A stretch of 64,000 nucleotides of DNA, taken from Amphiscolops sp. MND2022 (Eukaryota). Position 1 is the stretch's first letter, and each line of letters opens with the position of its first letter. The stretch lies in assembly GCA_964187785.1 (NCBI GenBank), contig OZ076419.1, positions 39,122,001 through 39,186,000 on the forward strand, written 5' to 3'. Positions 36,128 to 50,900 of this stretch are shown here, one piece after another. Below the pieces are notes generated by a model that made no database searches, was not told the origin of the DNA, and saw only the letters and a list, made by a program, of their open reading frames with translations. The translations under genes and the position numbers were made by a program.

Positions 36128-36607
36128 GGACCATGTGATCTATTTCCCCACCAGGTACACCTTGTTAGGAATTTCCCCCCCCCCAAAACGAAAACGGCTT
36201 TTTCACAAGTACATTAATTATTGAATGAATAAAACAAGTTGATATGCTTACAAATATTAACAAACGCATGAATTTAAACTTCGTGGCAAAAGACCCAAAT
36301 TTTTTAAATGCTGAATGCAAAGTTCGTAGTTTTGTAAATATGGAAGTATGTCCGTTTGGAAGCACATTTCAAAGAATAATGATTGATTTTAACTGTCAAT
36401 CAATGTAAAAGATATGGTTATGTCGACATCAATTATTTTATTGGACTAAAATTTCAACGCAACGATGTCGACATATTGGCATTTGACTATTTAAAATGTT
36501 ATGTCGACATAATTAATTCATTTAAAACTAGTATTTGAACCTACTGTATTATTCCCCCCCCCGCCGCAGTTTTTTTTTGGGGGGGGGGGAAATAGATCAC
36601 ATGGTTC
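36128..36607. mobile_element. 480-bp MITE with an 8-bp TSD (hAT/Merlin-type)
   Basis: TIR G(G/A)ACCATGTGATCTATTTCCCC; TSD GAACGTTG at 36120-36127 and 36608-36615; internal palindrome ATGTCGACAT three times (~36420, 36465, 36500). Confidence 0.9.
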
Positions 36608-36649
36608 GAACGTTGAAACCCAAAGATAATATCTCGGTGATACATGGCC

Positions 36650-38101
36650 TTTCCATTATCCATACAACTACAGGGGTATCAAAAAATAATTGCAATTATT
36701 TGAAGACATGGCTTCGCAAAAAATCAATTAATTTTAATTGCAAATGTTTGCAAATCAAAGGATTTTTAGCAATTAATTGCAATAAATTTTCACTCAATTA
36801 ATTTTTGATACCCCCTGCACAAACAGCGCGCGTAAATCATGCACATGATGAACGCAGTTATCATACAAACCGAGTTTGGCAGAAGGTACCCCTGTTGGTC
36901 ATTTTTATGGGCTCGATAATTGAAGGGGTTGTGAAAAAAGTATGATGAAGCTAGCATCTCAAATAAAATACAAAATTGAAAAACAAAAAAAAACTTTTTT
37001 AATTCATAATGGTACATAAACTTGCAGACGAGTTTTTTAGTCGGCGCAGTTTGTAAAAAATGTGCCACATGATTACAATGACTAGTTAGGACCATGTTTC
37101 TTATTTCCTTTAGGTACGCCTTGTTTCTTATTTTCTCCTTACACGAAAAGAACTTTTTTGCTTCAAAAAACTTCTTGGACGAATGGAAGAAACTGATATG
37201 GCAATAAATTTTCAGAAGATTGTCTCTAGAATTGTTTCCACCCTTGCAGCAAAAAATTACCCGAATTTTTGACATGTTTCTCAGAAAAGAAGCAGAAAAT
37301 CGCCCTCGGAACAAGCGAAAATCGTCAAGCAAAGCCATTTTCTAGCGTAGGATAATGTGGATCTTTTAACTGAATCATTGTAGAGAATAGCATTACGTCT
37401 ATATCAATTTTTCCATTGGGCCGAAATTTCATCGCAAATGATGTCGAAATAATGGTATTTGAACCTCGTTTCTTATCCGCCATCTCCGCTTGGGGTGCGT
37501 GTTGGGTTGTGTAATTAGAAACATGGTCCCCTAGTTATTTTTTAACCAGAGAATGTAAAACTACAGAATGTACGCGAACGGTTCACTTTCCAACGGAATA
37601 TGTTTACGCCGCCAGTAGTTTGTTTGCAAACCCTCAAAAATTTTTCTTCAATTCGGGTAGTTTTGCTTTCCTTCATGAGAAAAGTGTTTTTTTTTGCGAC
37701 CGTGAGCCTTTCTAAAACACTTTTAAAGTGTTTCAAGAGCCACCTTGAACAACTGTACGAAACTTTTCAGTTTTTGAGTTGGGCCGACTTGTTTTTTTTT
37801 TGTAAACAACCACAAAAATGCGCAACTGTCTGAAAAAATTTTCTGTGAAAATTTTCCTTGTCACTTTAGTCGAAATTAGATCTTCTATACCTTCTATTTT
37901 GAACTTCGAGCATAAAAAACTGAAAAACTGTGCCATGTTTGAAAACATCTTCGATGTCAGAAAGTACTGTGAGTTGAAATGGAAAATATTGTCAATGATT
38001 TGAATTACGTTTGATGCTCATCACGCTCCAAAGATTTGCGCCTAGTATTTCGTCTGCAAGGTATTCCGCATTCACAAGCTTTACAACGTCCCTAGATACT
38101 A
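36650..38101. mobile_element. ~1.45-kb interspersed repeat, copy 1 (inserted in gag)
   Basis: Collinear and highly similar to 43356-44791 from tttccattatc.a.acaactacagggg to cgtccctag.tac.ac. Confidence 0.9.
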
Positions 38102-41100
38102 CCCATAGGGAACATGAAATCGACATTTCACCGTTATTGAAAGGAGACGTTTTACGTATACTGCATGGACCGGGAAAGAAATAGCAGTCCAAGAAGATTT
38201 TGTTTGGGGAGTAGGTCCAGAAACCCTATACCAAATAACCCGAGCCGAATATAAAACGGGACATAAAATGGACAGCAAAAAAATTAAAAGACCTAATTCG
38301 GTTATTTACCGAACAATGTCAACGGAAGCGTACCACATAGCACAATCGAGGCGATTTCTGTTGGTCCAAACAATCGGGAAACGAGACACCGGAAGAGTTA
38401 TGGAAAAGACTAATCAAAATTGAGAAAGAATGCCACTTTAAAACCATATGAGCCGAAGAGTTGTTGATTTAAAATATATGACGACGATCACTGACAATAT
38501 ATTACGGAACAAGATCATGAAGGAAGAAACTCTCGAAATGAAAAAAAACAATTTTCAGCTGATAAAACAAAACACATATGATAAGAAGAACAAAAAGAAC
38601 ACAATTTTCGAATCTTTTTTCAAAACAAAAGAAAAGCAACTGACAAAAGAAGAACCAATACAAAGAATAGAAAAATTCGGTACCGGACCAAAGACAAAAT
38701 TTACCGGAACCCAACCATGCAGATTTTGCAACAACCCGAGTTGGAACCCATTACATGAATGTCCGGCATCGGAGTCGAATTGTATCAACTGCGGGAAAAA
38801 GGGAAACTACGCAAGGGCATGCCGGCAAAGACGACAAAACAACAAAGGGATAGTGAAAAAACTTACCGAAGAAACAGAGGACGAACCAAATGAATCCCTG
38901 AGCGAATTGGATGAAAGTATACGCCATATTGAAGAAATGAAGAACATCGAAGAAAAACAAACATTACACAGCGAAAACAAAACTAAACGGGATGCAAAAA
39001 GAATTCGTAACTGATACTGGATCACCGGTAACAATGATGCCCTTCGACGAACAGATAGTGAAACAAATCGAAAAGCAGAAAATAATGAACCGATATCAAG
39101 ACGTTAATAAGAACGACGTGAAACTCCGGGGGAAGTTACTAGTGAACATAGAATACGAAAATAACAAATAGAAAATGGAGATCCTGATTCCCGAAAGAAC
39201 GAATATAACACCACTCTTGGGAATGCACTGGATGAAAAGATTCAAAGTAACAATCGGAAGAATTCAATTAGCCCTGATTAACCACTCAGAAACAGACAGA
39301 ATAATCAACAAATTTCCAGGCTTGTTTGAGAACAATCGAACAATAATAGAGACCAAAATAAATAGACAGCTAAAACCGGGACACTACCCGGTGAAACAAA
39401 AAGCCAGACCAATCCCGCTACACCTACGGGAAGACGTAGGGAAAGAGCTGGAGAAACTGATAAAAGCTGGACACCTCGAAAAGATAACTAACATGAATGA
39501 GGACTGTTTTGTGTCACCGGTAGTACAAACGGTTAAAAATGATTAATTGGTGGAAATAGCACTCGATTCCCGAAAATTATTCGATGGCTGTTTAAAACGG
39601 AGACCACACATGCCGAACATGAAGGAATTATTGAATCAGATATCGTAATAAATTACCCGAGACAGAAAAGCCCAATTAATCATCTCAAAAAGTGATTTAG
39701 ATTACGCCTACGGACAAATGAAATTATCAAGAGAAACAAGCCGACAATGCGTATTCGCAATCACCACGGCACAAGTTACCGGATTTTACCAATTCTCAAA
39801 AGGGTTTTACAGGCTGGCCGACATACCCAGAATGTTTCAAGAAACAAAAGACTGAACACTAGAATACTGTACACAGGCGATGCTAGATGACATAATAGTC
39901 GTAACACGCGGAGACAGACAAAAACATGCGAAAAAATTGTTCGACGTGTTAAATAGGTTAGAAAAAGCAGAGCAAGTAAAAGAAAATCGGAATTCTTTAT
40001 GAAACAAACAGAGTGGCTGGGACACGAAAGTGATGAGAACGGAATAAAACCGAATGAATGAAAAGTGGAAACAATACTGAAATTGAAGCCGCCGAACAAC
40101 ACAAAGGAATTGAAAGCATTTCTCGGTGCAATACAAAATCTGGCGAAACTTCTATTGAAGCCTTCGGAAAAGATCGACAGACTCAAAAAATTGTTGAAAA
40201 AATGAACCATGAAAATGGGAAAAGGATCATAAAGAAAACTATACGCAATTAAAATGGATGCTAACTAAAAACCAACCTTTGGACATTTCGCGGAAGACAA
40301 AAAAAACTTGGTCACAACGGACGCAAATGAAACGTGACTCTGAATTACCTTTTGGCGAAAACAAGACAACGAAGAAATAAAACCGATTGCTTTCGATAGC
40401 ACATATCCGAATGATGCCGAAAAGACATAATCTATGGGTGAAATGGAACTGCTAGCAGTAGTTTGGGGATTAGAAAAATTCCGAATAGCTATTTACGGAA
40501 AGAACGTACACTTGTACACAGGCCACCAAGCATTATAATAATTGATAAAACACAATCGAAGCAATCAACAATATAGCGCAAAGTTAACCCGGTGGCTGGA
40601 TAGATTGACACATTTTGACATTGCAGTTCAACATATCGCCGGCAGTACCTTAAAATTCACCAATTGTTTCAACAGAAATCCGGTAGGGCCAGCCTCGATA
40701 AAAAACAAATACGACGAAGAAAACGTAATTAACGTCCTTACTGAACACGCCGCAATGAACGTAAAATATGGTTCGCTGTTCGATAACCAACCACATTCAA
40801 GAAAGGAAGAGACCGGAAAGTAACGAAAGCAAAACCGAAATGAAAATGAGCGAAAGAAGAACCAACCACAAACGAATAGAACATTCCAGAACAAAAATCA
40901 CGTGAACAAATTTAGCACACATAAGAATACTACATCCGGGCAGTCCGATAATAGCACCTTAAAAAGCAGTTCAAATTCGAAAAGCGCTCTTACTGAAAAC
41001 GAAATGAACCGAGAAAGCCTATATCACTGGGGAGCCTCTCGCGAGATAATGGAAATTATTCGGAGAAGAAATGAAAACTCTGAGACCAGAAGACTGGTGG

Positions 41101-43355
41101 AAAGGTGATAAACGCTTGCTAGACCGGGCACCATGCGAAGAAGATATGACCCACAATCACAAAGGACTATATTTGCACCGTCAAGACCAAACAAGTGAAG
41201 CCGGGAAAAGATTGCTGAAATTGACACAGAACTTACACGCCGAGCGAATAGTCGGGGGCTATCATCAGACAGAAATCGTTGAAGAAGGAGAAGAACCAGA
41301 AGCTCCGGAACAAGGAGAAGTATAAGCCGACCAAAGTACGGTGGACACCGAAGAAGACAGTGTAATTATGCGGGGCGATAACCTACCGATCATCGACTTG
41401 CGCAAACACCACACTGATGAAAAATTGGCCCACTACATACAAATCAACCAATATAGTGGGCAAACCAACAGAGAACAAGAAGATAACAGAAGACAACATA
41501 AAGAAAGCCGAAATTAATGTCCTTGTTGGACTTAAATACTCTAATTTCAAAAACGGCGATCGATCCGGAGATGGCAAGAGTTCGAGCAAGCATGCGGAGA
41601 GAAGAAAGAGACACGGCACCAAAAGGATACAGACCGGCTATTCGACAAGCTATCAATCCGTTGGGGACTAGTCTTCGTAGACGACCAAATTACCGTACCA
41701 ATCGACTTGAGCAGAAGACTGATCGAGATATTACATTTCGGTCACTCCGGCACAACGAAATTGCTATCCGACGCAAAAATCGTCTGGCGGCTGGAGATGC
41801 GGAAAGATATAGAGCAGAAAGTTAAAGACTGCACCATCCCATTCCTCGCCACAGGTAAGCCCCTTAAATACCAAATTCCAAAAAATCAATATGGGAGGTT
41901 GAAAAGACTAACCGAACCGGTACAAGAACTACAATAAGATTTTACCGGAAAACTACACAACAAAAATATAAACGGAGAATCTCAAACATTAATAGCGAAA
42001 GATCGGTTTATCAAAAGGCCGCCAGCGAAAATTTGTAAAACAGCCAAAACAAAAGAAGTTTTAATTTTCATGACAAAATGTTTTATTCTATACGGAATCC
42101 CCGAGAGAATAAAACCTGACAAAGTGGGCATTCATTTCGTCCTGGTACAAATAACTTTGTAAGTCTCGGAGTATGGAAGTTTAATACTGCCCACCACGAA
42201 TGCATACCGGAAACGGTACAGAAGAAAGAGCAATACAAACTATGAAAAATGTACAATTGGCGAAAATGGAAGACTGAAATAACTTAACCGAAAGTGTAAA
42301 CCAAGCACTAAAAGTAATGCGATTCACAAAAAATACGGGATTGAAAAAAACGCCATTTGAACTACATCACGGTAGAAAACCGAGAACGGAATTACCAAAT
42401 ATAGAAAAGTTGTATATTCGTTCCTATCAAATTGGTCAGAATTGTCCATTTCAGCACCTAAAAACCAAAAATACCGATATATGTTGGAAGGGACGCCGAC
42501 GGAGAAATCACCAATTATATGGTAATGACCCGCACGAAGACCGATGAACGGCAACTGGCTTCGGGGACCAAAACACCGAAGAAGAAAATACCGGTTAGAT
42601 AACCTTTCAACTTCGTCAAAAAGAGACACAACCGAAATTTCCTAGCAGGGAGATTTCAATCAAAAATACAAACCGCAATCAGCAGGACCAAAAATACCGT
42701 AAAAACAGATACGGGAATAGTTATACACTGAAAACTATTTTCGGGACCTCTGTTTCAGAGTGGAAAAAGAGTCCGAAGAGAGACTGTACCAGCAGTATCA
42801 GCGGAGATAACCCCAAAGAACTGAGAGGACTACACCGCAAAAAAGGGAAGTGGGACTAGATACTGAGCGACATTCTGAACGGGAAGCTCCGAATCTTCCA
42901 AAACAAAAAGCGCACCGAAACAGATTCGGAAGACGATGATGATGATGAGAAGGAAGAAGATGAGATACCGGAAGAAACTGGAAGTGTGTATGATACGTCG
43001 CAAAGAGACGGCAGATACGAGCCAATCTGGACTGATCCCGAGAATGATTCCCTACAATTGCACACTGACGGAGAGAAAACAAATTCTAATATTAGACGGT
43101 CAAACCAAAACATAAACAAACCGAATAGATACAGTAGTGTACCATACAAAGGAAACTTTTACATGTTACTAGAACATTGTTGTTACAGGACTAATTTGGA
43201 GCCGCACAAAAGGCACCCCACAACTACTGTCGGAACTGGTACAAAAGCGACAGGACTTCCTCCCGGGCGACAAGACACCCGGCCCCTCATTGCAATTTTG
43301 AAGAAGCCCGAGTGAGAAGAGAAAATGTTATACGGTTCAACTGTCAAATTTCATT

Positions 43356-44791
43356 TTTCCATTATCGACACAACTACAGGGGGTATCAAAAATAAATTGC
43401 AATTATTTGAAGACATGGCTTCGCAAAAAATCAATTAATTTTAATTGCAAATGCTTGCAATCAAATAATGTTTAGCAATTAATTGCAATAAACGTTCACT
43501 CAAGTTTTGATACCCCCTGCACAAATAGGGTAAATTATGCACATGATGAACGCAGGTACGCATACAAGCCGAGTTTGGCAGAAGGTACCTCTGTTGGTCA
43601 TTTTTTTGGGCTCGATAATTGAAGGGGTTGTGAAAAAAGTATGATGAAGCTAGCATGTCAAATAAAATATAAAATTGAAAAACAAAAAAAACTTTTTTAA
43701 TTCATAATGGTACATAAAGTTGCAGACGAGTTTTTTAGTCGGCGCAGTTTGTAAAAAATGTGCCACATGATTACAATGACTAGTTAGGACCATGTTTCTT
43801 ATTTCCCTTAGGTACGCCTTGTTTCTTATTTTCTCCTTACACGGAAAGAACTTTTTTTGCTTCAAAAAACTTCTTGGACGAATGGAATAAACTGATATGG
43901 CTATAAAATTTCAGAAGATTGTCTCTAGAATTGTTTCCACCCTTGCAGCAAAAAATTACCCAAATTTTTGACATGTTTCTCAGAAAAAAAGCAGAAAATC
44001 GCCCTCGGAACAATCGAAAATCGTCAAGCAAAGCGATTTTCTAGCGTAGGATAATGTGGATCTTTCAACTGAATCATTGTACAGAATAGCATTACGTCTA
44101 TATCAATTTTTCCATTGGGCCAAAATTTCATCGCAAATGATGTCGAAATAATGGTATTTGAACCTCGTTTCTTATCCCCCATCTCCGCTTGGGGTGCGTG
44201 TTGGGTTGTTTATTAAGAAACATGGTCCCCTAGTTATTTTTTAACCAGAGAATGTAAAACCACAGAATGTACGCGAACGGTTCACTTCCCAACGGAATAT
44301 GTTTACGCCGCCAGTAGTTTGTTTGCAAACCCTCGAAAATTTTTCTTCAATTCGGGTAGTTTTGCTTTCCTTCATGAGAAAAATGTTTTTTTTTGCGACC
44401 GTGAGCCTTTCTAAAACACTTTTAAAGTGTTTCAAGAGCCACCTTGAACAACTGTATGAAACTTTTCAGTTTTTGAGTTGGGCCGACTTGTTTTTTTTGT
44501 AAACAACCACAAAAATGCGCAACTGTCTGAAAAAACTTTCTGTGAAAATTTTCCTTGTCACTTTTGTCGAAATTAGATCTTCTATACCTTCTATTTTGAA
44601 CTTCGAGCATAAAAGACTGAAGAACTGTGCCAGGTTTGAAAAAATCTTCGATGTCAGAAACTTCTGTGAGTTGAAATGCAAAATATTGTCAATGATTTGA
44701 ATTACGTTTGATGCTCATCACGCTCTAAGGATTTAAGCCTAGTTTTGCGTCTGCAAGGTATTCCGCATTAACAAGCTTTACGACGTCCCTA
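43356..44791. mobile_element. ~1.45-kb interspersed repeat, copy 2
   Basis: Same orientation as 36650-38101; the ORF track shows paired homologous ORFs (e.g. MFTPPVVCLQTL at 37600 and 44299). Confidence 0.9.
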
Positions 44792-47700
44792 GTTACCACT
44801 CGTGAACAATCTTCTTGAAACATTTGTCTACTAGCAGAACCATCGGTTGTTCTCAAGCAGTTTGAAATGGCTCTTGGGTTCATCCTAACTAACTGGTATT
44901 TTAGCCTGTATTTGACAACGTAAAATGTAGCATTAATAAAATGGAGCAATCGAAAAAAGATTGGTAAAACGTTGGTACTAGATGGAAACGATTTTCAAAC
45001 ACATTTGCAAATCTTCCTACCTCGAGATTTGTTTGACTTTAAAGACCTTTGAAAGGCGATACTTCATTCAAAAATAAATACTTTATAGAAAAAAAAACAA
45101 AAAAACTTCATACACAATAGTTCTCAAACGTGCCTCAAAGACGAAGTAGTTTTTTGTTGGAGTGCCCAAGCAAACTCGGTTCTAACCGATTTCTTAAGGC
45201 AGGCAGCTAGAAGGTTACATGTGTTGTTTATACCTACATGAAACCCTTGAAATGCGAAGATTTGTAATCAGAAATTGTAGCTTAACAGGTCTTATTGAAT
45301 TACACACTTTGTTGTTATAATGCCCATATTCAGTTGATTTTATACGCAATTTTGTTAAAACTAATCACAACCAACAAAAACGACCATGTTGTTTTTCAAA
45401 ATTTCTTGATTATCTTACCATGACTGTTGTCTCAGCTTCAAAATCGTTCCCTTTGACTCCCAGTATAACAAAACTTTCTCAATTTCCTTTGTTATATGTT
45501 GTTAAACCTGATCAAAAATACGCGGAATTAAAAGATTGCCCCACAAAAAGTAATAAACGTCTTTTCACTTCGATGTTTGCTTTTTTGTATTAGGTTGGTT
45601 TACTACTGAGGGCCGAAAAACTCCATTCATTCTAAAATCGAAGTCTGGGCCTTTCATGAGTTTCGTTAGGATTTGATTTCGAAACACCGTCTCCCTTTTT
45701 GTGCCTTGAAATTGTCTAGCCAGCTTGTAAAGCCAGCTTTTCTTATTTTGTTTTCGATGAATCTGCATTTCTTATCTGCATCTCAAAATTGAATGCTTTC
45801 TTTTTTATATCTGATTTTTGTACATAATAGAACTTTTCAACCCCTTGTTCTAGCTGATTGCAAAAAACATGCTTTGAAAAGAACAAACATACAGACTTTG
45901 GCACTATTCGAAGAAAAAAATCAATCTTATGTGTCTTCAATTTCACAGAACCATCGATTAACAGGTCATCGAATTTATAGAAACGACAACGTTTGGTTGG
46001 AAGTTCTTGTTGTCCGACTTCTCACTTTTGCTAACAACTCCTGTAATAACTGCTTATGGAACGAAATCTTACTCATGACGGTAGAGGCCATTCAAGAGCT
46101 CTATCTCCGAGTCTTTATCATTGTGGACGCAACTTCGCTCATTTCCAATGTTCCTGGGATAATACTTCAAAATTTCCCAGCATGATTTTTCCAAAAACTT
46201 CACATGTTTTCTTTTTTTTAACGATTCATAGTACCGTGTATTACGTTTTCCTTATATGGAATGTTGGTATGAATGAATAAAATGGCCTAATTCCAACGTC
46301 TTAACATGAACGGTTGATCTATGGCAGATGATTTGGAGCCTATACAAAGGCGACATAAGCTATTTATGAAAGGTTCAACGTATTAGTATTTCCCAATAAA
46401 TGACGTACTTCTAATTCCAATAAATCAATCGTGATTTGTATACGTCATCCACACAGCATCGAAAATAATATCATCAAAATGACGTTTTCCTTTTTAATGG
46501 ACATTTCAGTAGCTCATTGATGCCACATGGATGTTTTATATGCGTGCCTTTGATTGAAGGAGGACTGTTTTGAAGGAATGACTCACTCGTACTGTGAAAA
46601 AATTTCAATTCAATTGCGTCAATTTTCTCCATGTAATAGCAGGAAACGCAATTTGTTACCATCGGAAAAATTGGGAACGAACCAACGGACCATTTGGATG
46701 GTAACAAGACCAACCATGTTTTGTTAGAAGTGGTACCAATTCCGTTGTGGCCAACTTTATCTAGGCCTAACTATCTGTTACATTAACTGCCACACGAAGC
46801 GGTTAAATTTAAAGGGCAGATTTAGTCCCGCAAAATTTCACGCCGTGTGATGGAAAATACTGGAATGAAAAGACTTCTTTTTTGTTGTTGAAAAAAATTA
46901 CCTATCTTCGGACGTGCGTTCTACATTCATCACAGGTACTGGTGACGAAGTTAAACAAAGACACAGACAGCGTGAGCAAACATCTAGGGAATAGAAACTA
47001 TATTGTTGCATCGTTTTATCGAATTTTCGTTGCATCGCCTGTGGAATAACCTCGATTGTTTCCTAATATATAGGAACAGTAGTCTCTGATTACTATGTTC
47101 TTACCAATGCTACATATATGTCTACAGTTTTTCACCATTTTTTGCATTTTTTGCTTTTTTTTCACCGTTCACGTCAGGCGAAGATTTCTTTTTCCTGATT
47201 TTTTCTTCGTCTTGTCTTCAGCTCTCATTGTATGAAGAAAAAATTTCGACAGTGGCCATTTTTAAAGCCCCAAGATTGTGGGTTTGAATGCTAATGCCTG
47301 CTGTAATTGAATTTCCACGAGGGACTATTTAGAAATACATGTGCACGTCAAAGTGCTGCTATTGCTGCAGCCTGTGCTAAACGCTGCAATACATTAGTCT
47401 TTATATACACAACATAATTTATGGACATGGTATAAAGTGCGCAGCCTGTAAAACGTGTAAAATTCACAAGTACTTGGTGACTTCGGGAACGGCTGCCTAG
47501 AGCCCACGTGGATTAATTGGCCGGTATCTATTGCAGTCTCCATAGACTGGTTAGTCTTCTTTTCCCGCCGGAAAATTAGGCAGACAAATTCAAGACCAAT
47601 TTCCCTTTACTCCCAAAAATTTTTTCCTCAGGAAAAAGATGGGACTACAAGAGCATCATGAAGCTGAATGTTAAGCCCATTTTTGAATGAGCTCAAGTAT

Positions 47701-49568
47701 TGGCTGGTATTACATCACACCAGAACAGGTATAAGAATCATTTTCCCGCCAAAAATGTTTCTCGCTATAGAAAACATACCATTTGTCCCAACGTCATACC
47801 ATCATAGAACACACCATCGTAACGTACCATCTAATTCAGTTGCTACCTATGCTTGCTTACCTATGTTCTACTTCTACAAACTGAAAAATACAGACACCTT
47901 TTGCCTTATATGGTAATATATGCATTTATTTCGTTTATTCACCCACGGACATCTTTGTCACGCCGCAGATTATTACGTAATATGGCTTCAGGTGTCTTAT
48001 TCCGCACTACAATTCTACCTTTTCAACACAAGTAAGTTTTTTGCGTAACTTTTACTACCGCTTTATTGAGTTAAAATTATAAATTATACCACAGGGCGTT
48101 TAATATTCTCCGACTTCAAAAATACACCTAAACAACATTTTACTGAAAATAATCCCTTTATGGTCGTAGTCTTTGATATTTCATGCTCTGATTGGTGCCA
48201 TGCTTACATGTAAATGCATGCGCTGCGGTATCTCATAACACGGTGCCCAAAGACTTTTACTTAGACTTATACAACCTCAAAAATAACAGGAATTGATTCC
48301 CAAAAGTCGTCGTTGGCAGCATGTTGAGATGAAAAGACTTCCTCTAATGTTATATGAATAGTGCATGTACTTGTAAGGTTCTTGCATCTATCGAAGTCGG
48401 CCATTACGTCATTTGGTGGAACAAAAAAGACAGGAAAACGAGATTGTTCACGCTATTTTTCCAGACAGTCCTATTTTTAATTTTGTCTGCCTGATGAAAG
48501 TATTTTGTCCTCAAATCCGCACAATTTTTCTCCAACTCTGCAAAAAGTGCTTGCTCATATGTTCAACTTTGTACATTGATTTGTTCATTTTGTTGCATCA
48601 TGCTTTCTTCAGGACCGAGGTTACCATCTATGTCATAGCACGCTTTACTTACCAAGTGGATCCGACTCAAAAATGGTGGCCACTTTATTAAGGTTAGTTT
48701 TTAGTTTTTTCTGTTGCGTATTGAAAGAATACTGAGGCTAAGTGATGGGGATCTTAATAAACATATCTGTAAACCGATTCACGACATTTCAGATTGGAAA
48801 ATTCAAGACTGGAAATTGGCCAAGAAGCTATAATGAAACTCTCAAAAATGCTCCAGAAGAAAGTTTGCTGTAGACGCCGAATAAACAGTTCTGCTTTTCT
48901 AAGTCGGCGCCCTATCGTATACATTCTCTCCATACTTTCGTATCTCTTGACTCTCACTTTGGTTCCATTTTTGCAGCCTAGTCGTCAAGCAATGGTTGGC
49001 TTAGAGTGTGAAACGTAACGTATACTGCTCAGTATATCGAAGGCATCAAGTGTTTCTTTGAACAAGAAGATAGCCTACTTTTTCCATTCATTTCCAGATA
49101 AATATTTGCACCTTTGTTAAAATGTCTCGAAATGTTTTGTATTACTTTCATAGTTTCTTCAACATTTCTAGTGATGAACAAATTTGAAAATACAATGCAT
49201 CGTAGATTGTTTTAAAAATTTGGCTTGAAAATTTTATATTCTGTTGATGCAAACATTTTGAGTCAATGAACGGTCGGTTGCACTAGAATGCACGTCATTT
49301 CCTTGTCAGTTTGCTTTGTTTGCACTTGAATTTTTCAGAATATGAAAACGAGCGAAGACAAAGTAGTGTTTTGTTTACTCGTTATGTCTTATCAGCTGCA
49401 TTCATTGGTTCGAAGGCTAATGACAAAAGAAAAAATGAGCCTGTCAAACACAACGGAATGTTTTCAAAATGAGTTTTCAAAATTTGTTTTGTCAGATGAC
49501 AATCTCATACTGAACGGTCCACATCTGCAATTTCCACCACATTCCTGCGGCTGCCGTGGCCCAGCACC

Positions 49569-49684
49569 CTATATCTGAATTTTTGAAGTTGTTCCGAAAT
49601 TTTGGCGTTATATCCGAAGTGATTGCGTTTCACTAAGGAGGAGGCGGAGGTTGCGCTATATCTAAGATGCGCTATATCCGAATT
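49569..49684 (-). repeat. Possible pogo/Tigger-like MITE end fragment
   Basis: TATATC(C/T)(G/A)A(A/G) motif four times in about 115 bp. Confidence 0.3.
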
Positions 49685-50694
49685 TCGTTTTTTTTTTCAA
49701 GACCGATGAACTGAAAAACTTCTATGAGGATTTCTTTAAGTTAACTTGGTACCATCTAACTGCCACTTGGCCTAGGCGTTAACTCAGATTTCCAGGCCTG
49801 GTGACGGAGACTACGAATCAAAATTTCGAGGGATCCAGTCTCGGACTAAACCATTTTTTCAATGTTTGCGAAAGTAGAGGGGATACAAAAGGCTCCCTCT
49901 TCAGGATATTTTCGTCGATATGCAACTTTTTTTCCAGCAGTTTTTTGACCGAAGTGGCCTTTTTTACTTTTAGCAGGACCGAAGCGTTTTTCCAGAATAG
50001 AAGGCCTCCTTAGGTTTTGTCGGCATAATCCGACTCACAGAAGATTGTTAATAAATTTTTTGCTGCAAAAACCGTTTCGTAATTTATTTCCTTTTTTTGA
50101 AAGTTTTTTATAACGAAAACACTTTTTCCAAGACATGAGGGATACAAATTGATTAGTTTTTAGTCATACGGAAGTGCTGAAAGTTATCTCGTTTAATTTG
50201 CCTAAAAATCATAAACAACCTCAGAATTTTTATTCTCGTTTTCCAGCGTGAAAAAAGTTTTGGCACTTTTCCTTTCATGAACTTTCTCCCGAAAATTGCC
50301 TAAAAATCTTTTTAAGGTTGCTGGCATGAGAAATCGATGGAGCTGAGATGTAGTTGAGGATTTAAAGAAACGTTAGTTGACCAAAAACGATGTTTTTAGT
50401 CAGCACTTTTTTTGTTGGAAAAATTTCCACTCTTAGAGAGACTCTTTTTTTCTCCAGATCACAGAATCTTACATAACTTCTCAAGGCCTTCCTACCGTAC
50501 TAGCAAGCAGTGACTGATGATTCCAAAGGGTACCACTTTAGATTACCATAGTTTTGAAAGCTTTTGTTGTTACTAGACACTCAGAAATTTTACTAGTTTT
50601 TTCGGCATTGTGAGACTCTATTCCCAAAATTTCTGGATGTCGCCAAAGAATCCCCTCTTTGGTTGTTTTGAGTTTCTGCAACAAACTGGATGAT

Positions 50695-50900
50695 CAAAAA
50701 GCCCAAAGGGTCCCCTTCATTGCGTTTTTCGGCTCTGTGACGTTTTCTCCGAAAAGATTTTTGTTCATGTGGAACTGATGAGTTTTCGCGTTGATAGTGG
50801 AAAAGACCCCAGGTTTTTTTCTACACTATGTGACTTTTTTTCGATGCAATTTTCAGTTAGTCAAAACGTCCCCACCTTCACATTCATAAATTTTTCGGCC
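50695..50900 (-). repeat. Further degenerate copy of the GGGGGACCC modular repeat
   Basis: aaagggtccccttcattgcgtttttcggctctgtgac, cactatgtgactttttttcg, aaaacgtcccaccttc. Confidence 0.55.

Larger units (their letters stand above)
36040..43150 (+). mobile_element. Ty3/Gypsy LTR retrotransposon (gag-pol), decayed, with nested insertions
   Basis: gag start KSGRSYRD (~36040), CCHC knuckle CRFCNNPSWNPLHEC..CINCGKKGNYARAC (38717), protease DTGSPVT (~39014), RT DLDYAYGQ and MLDDII, RNase H TTDAN/ELLAVVWGLEKF, integrase HFGHSG..C and DFTGKL. Confidence 0.9.

Noticed and set aside
36650-44791. The two 1.45-kb direct repeats as LTRs of the Gypsy element between them
   Set aside because: gag coding sequence starts upstream (36040) and is split by copy 1; no TG...CA ends, PBS or PPT at the repeat boundaries
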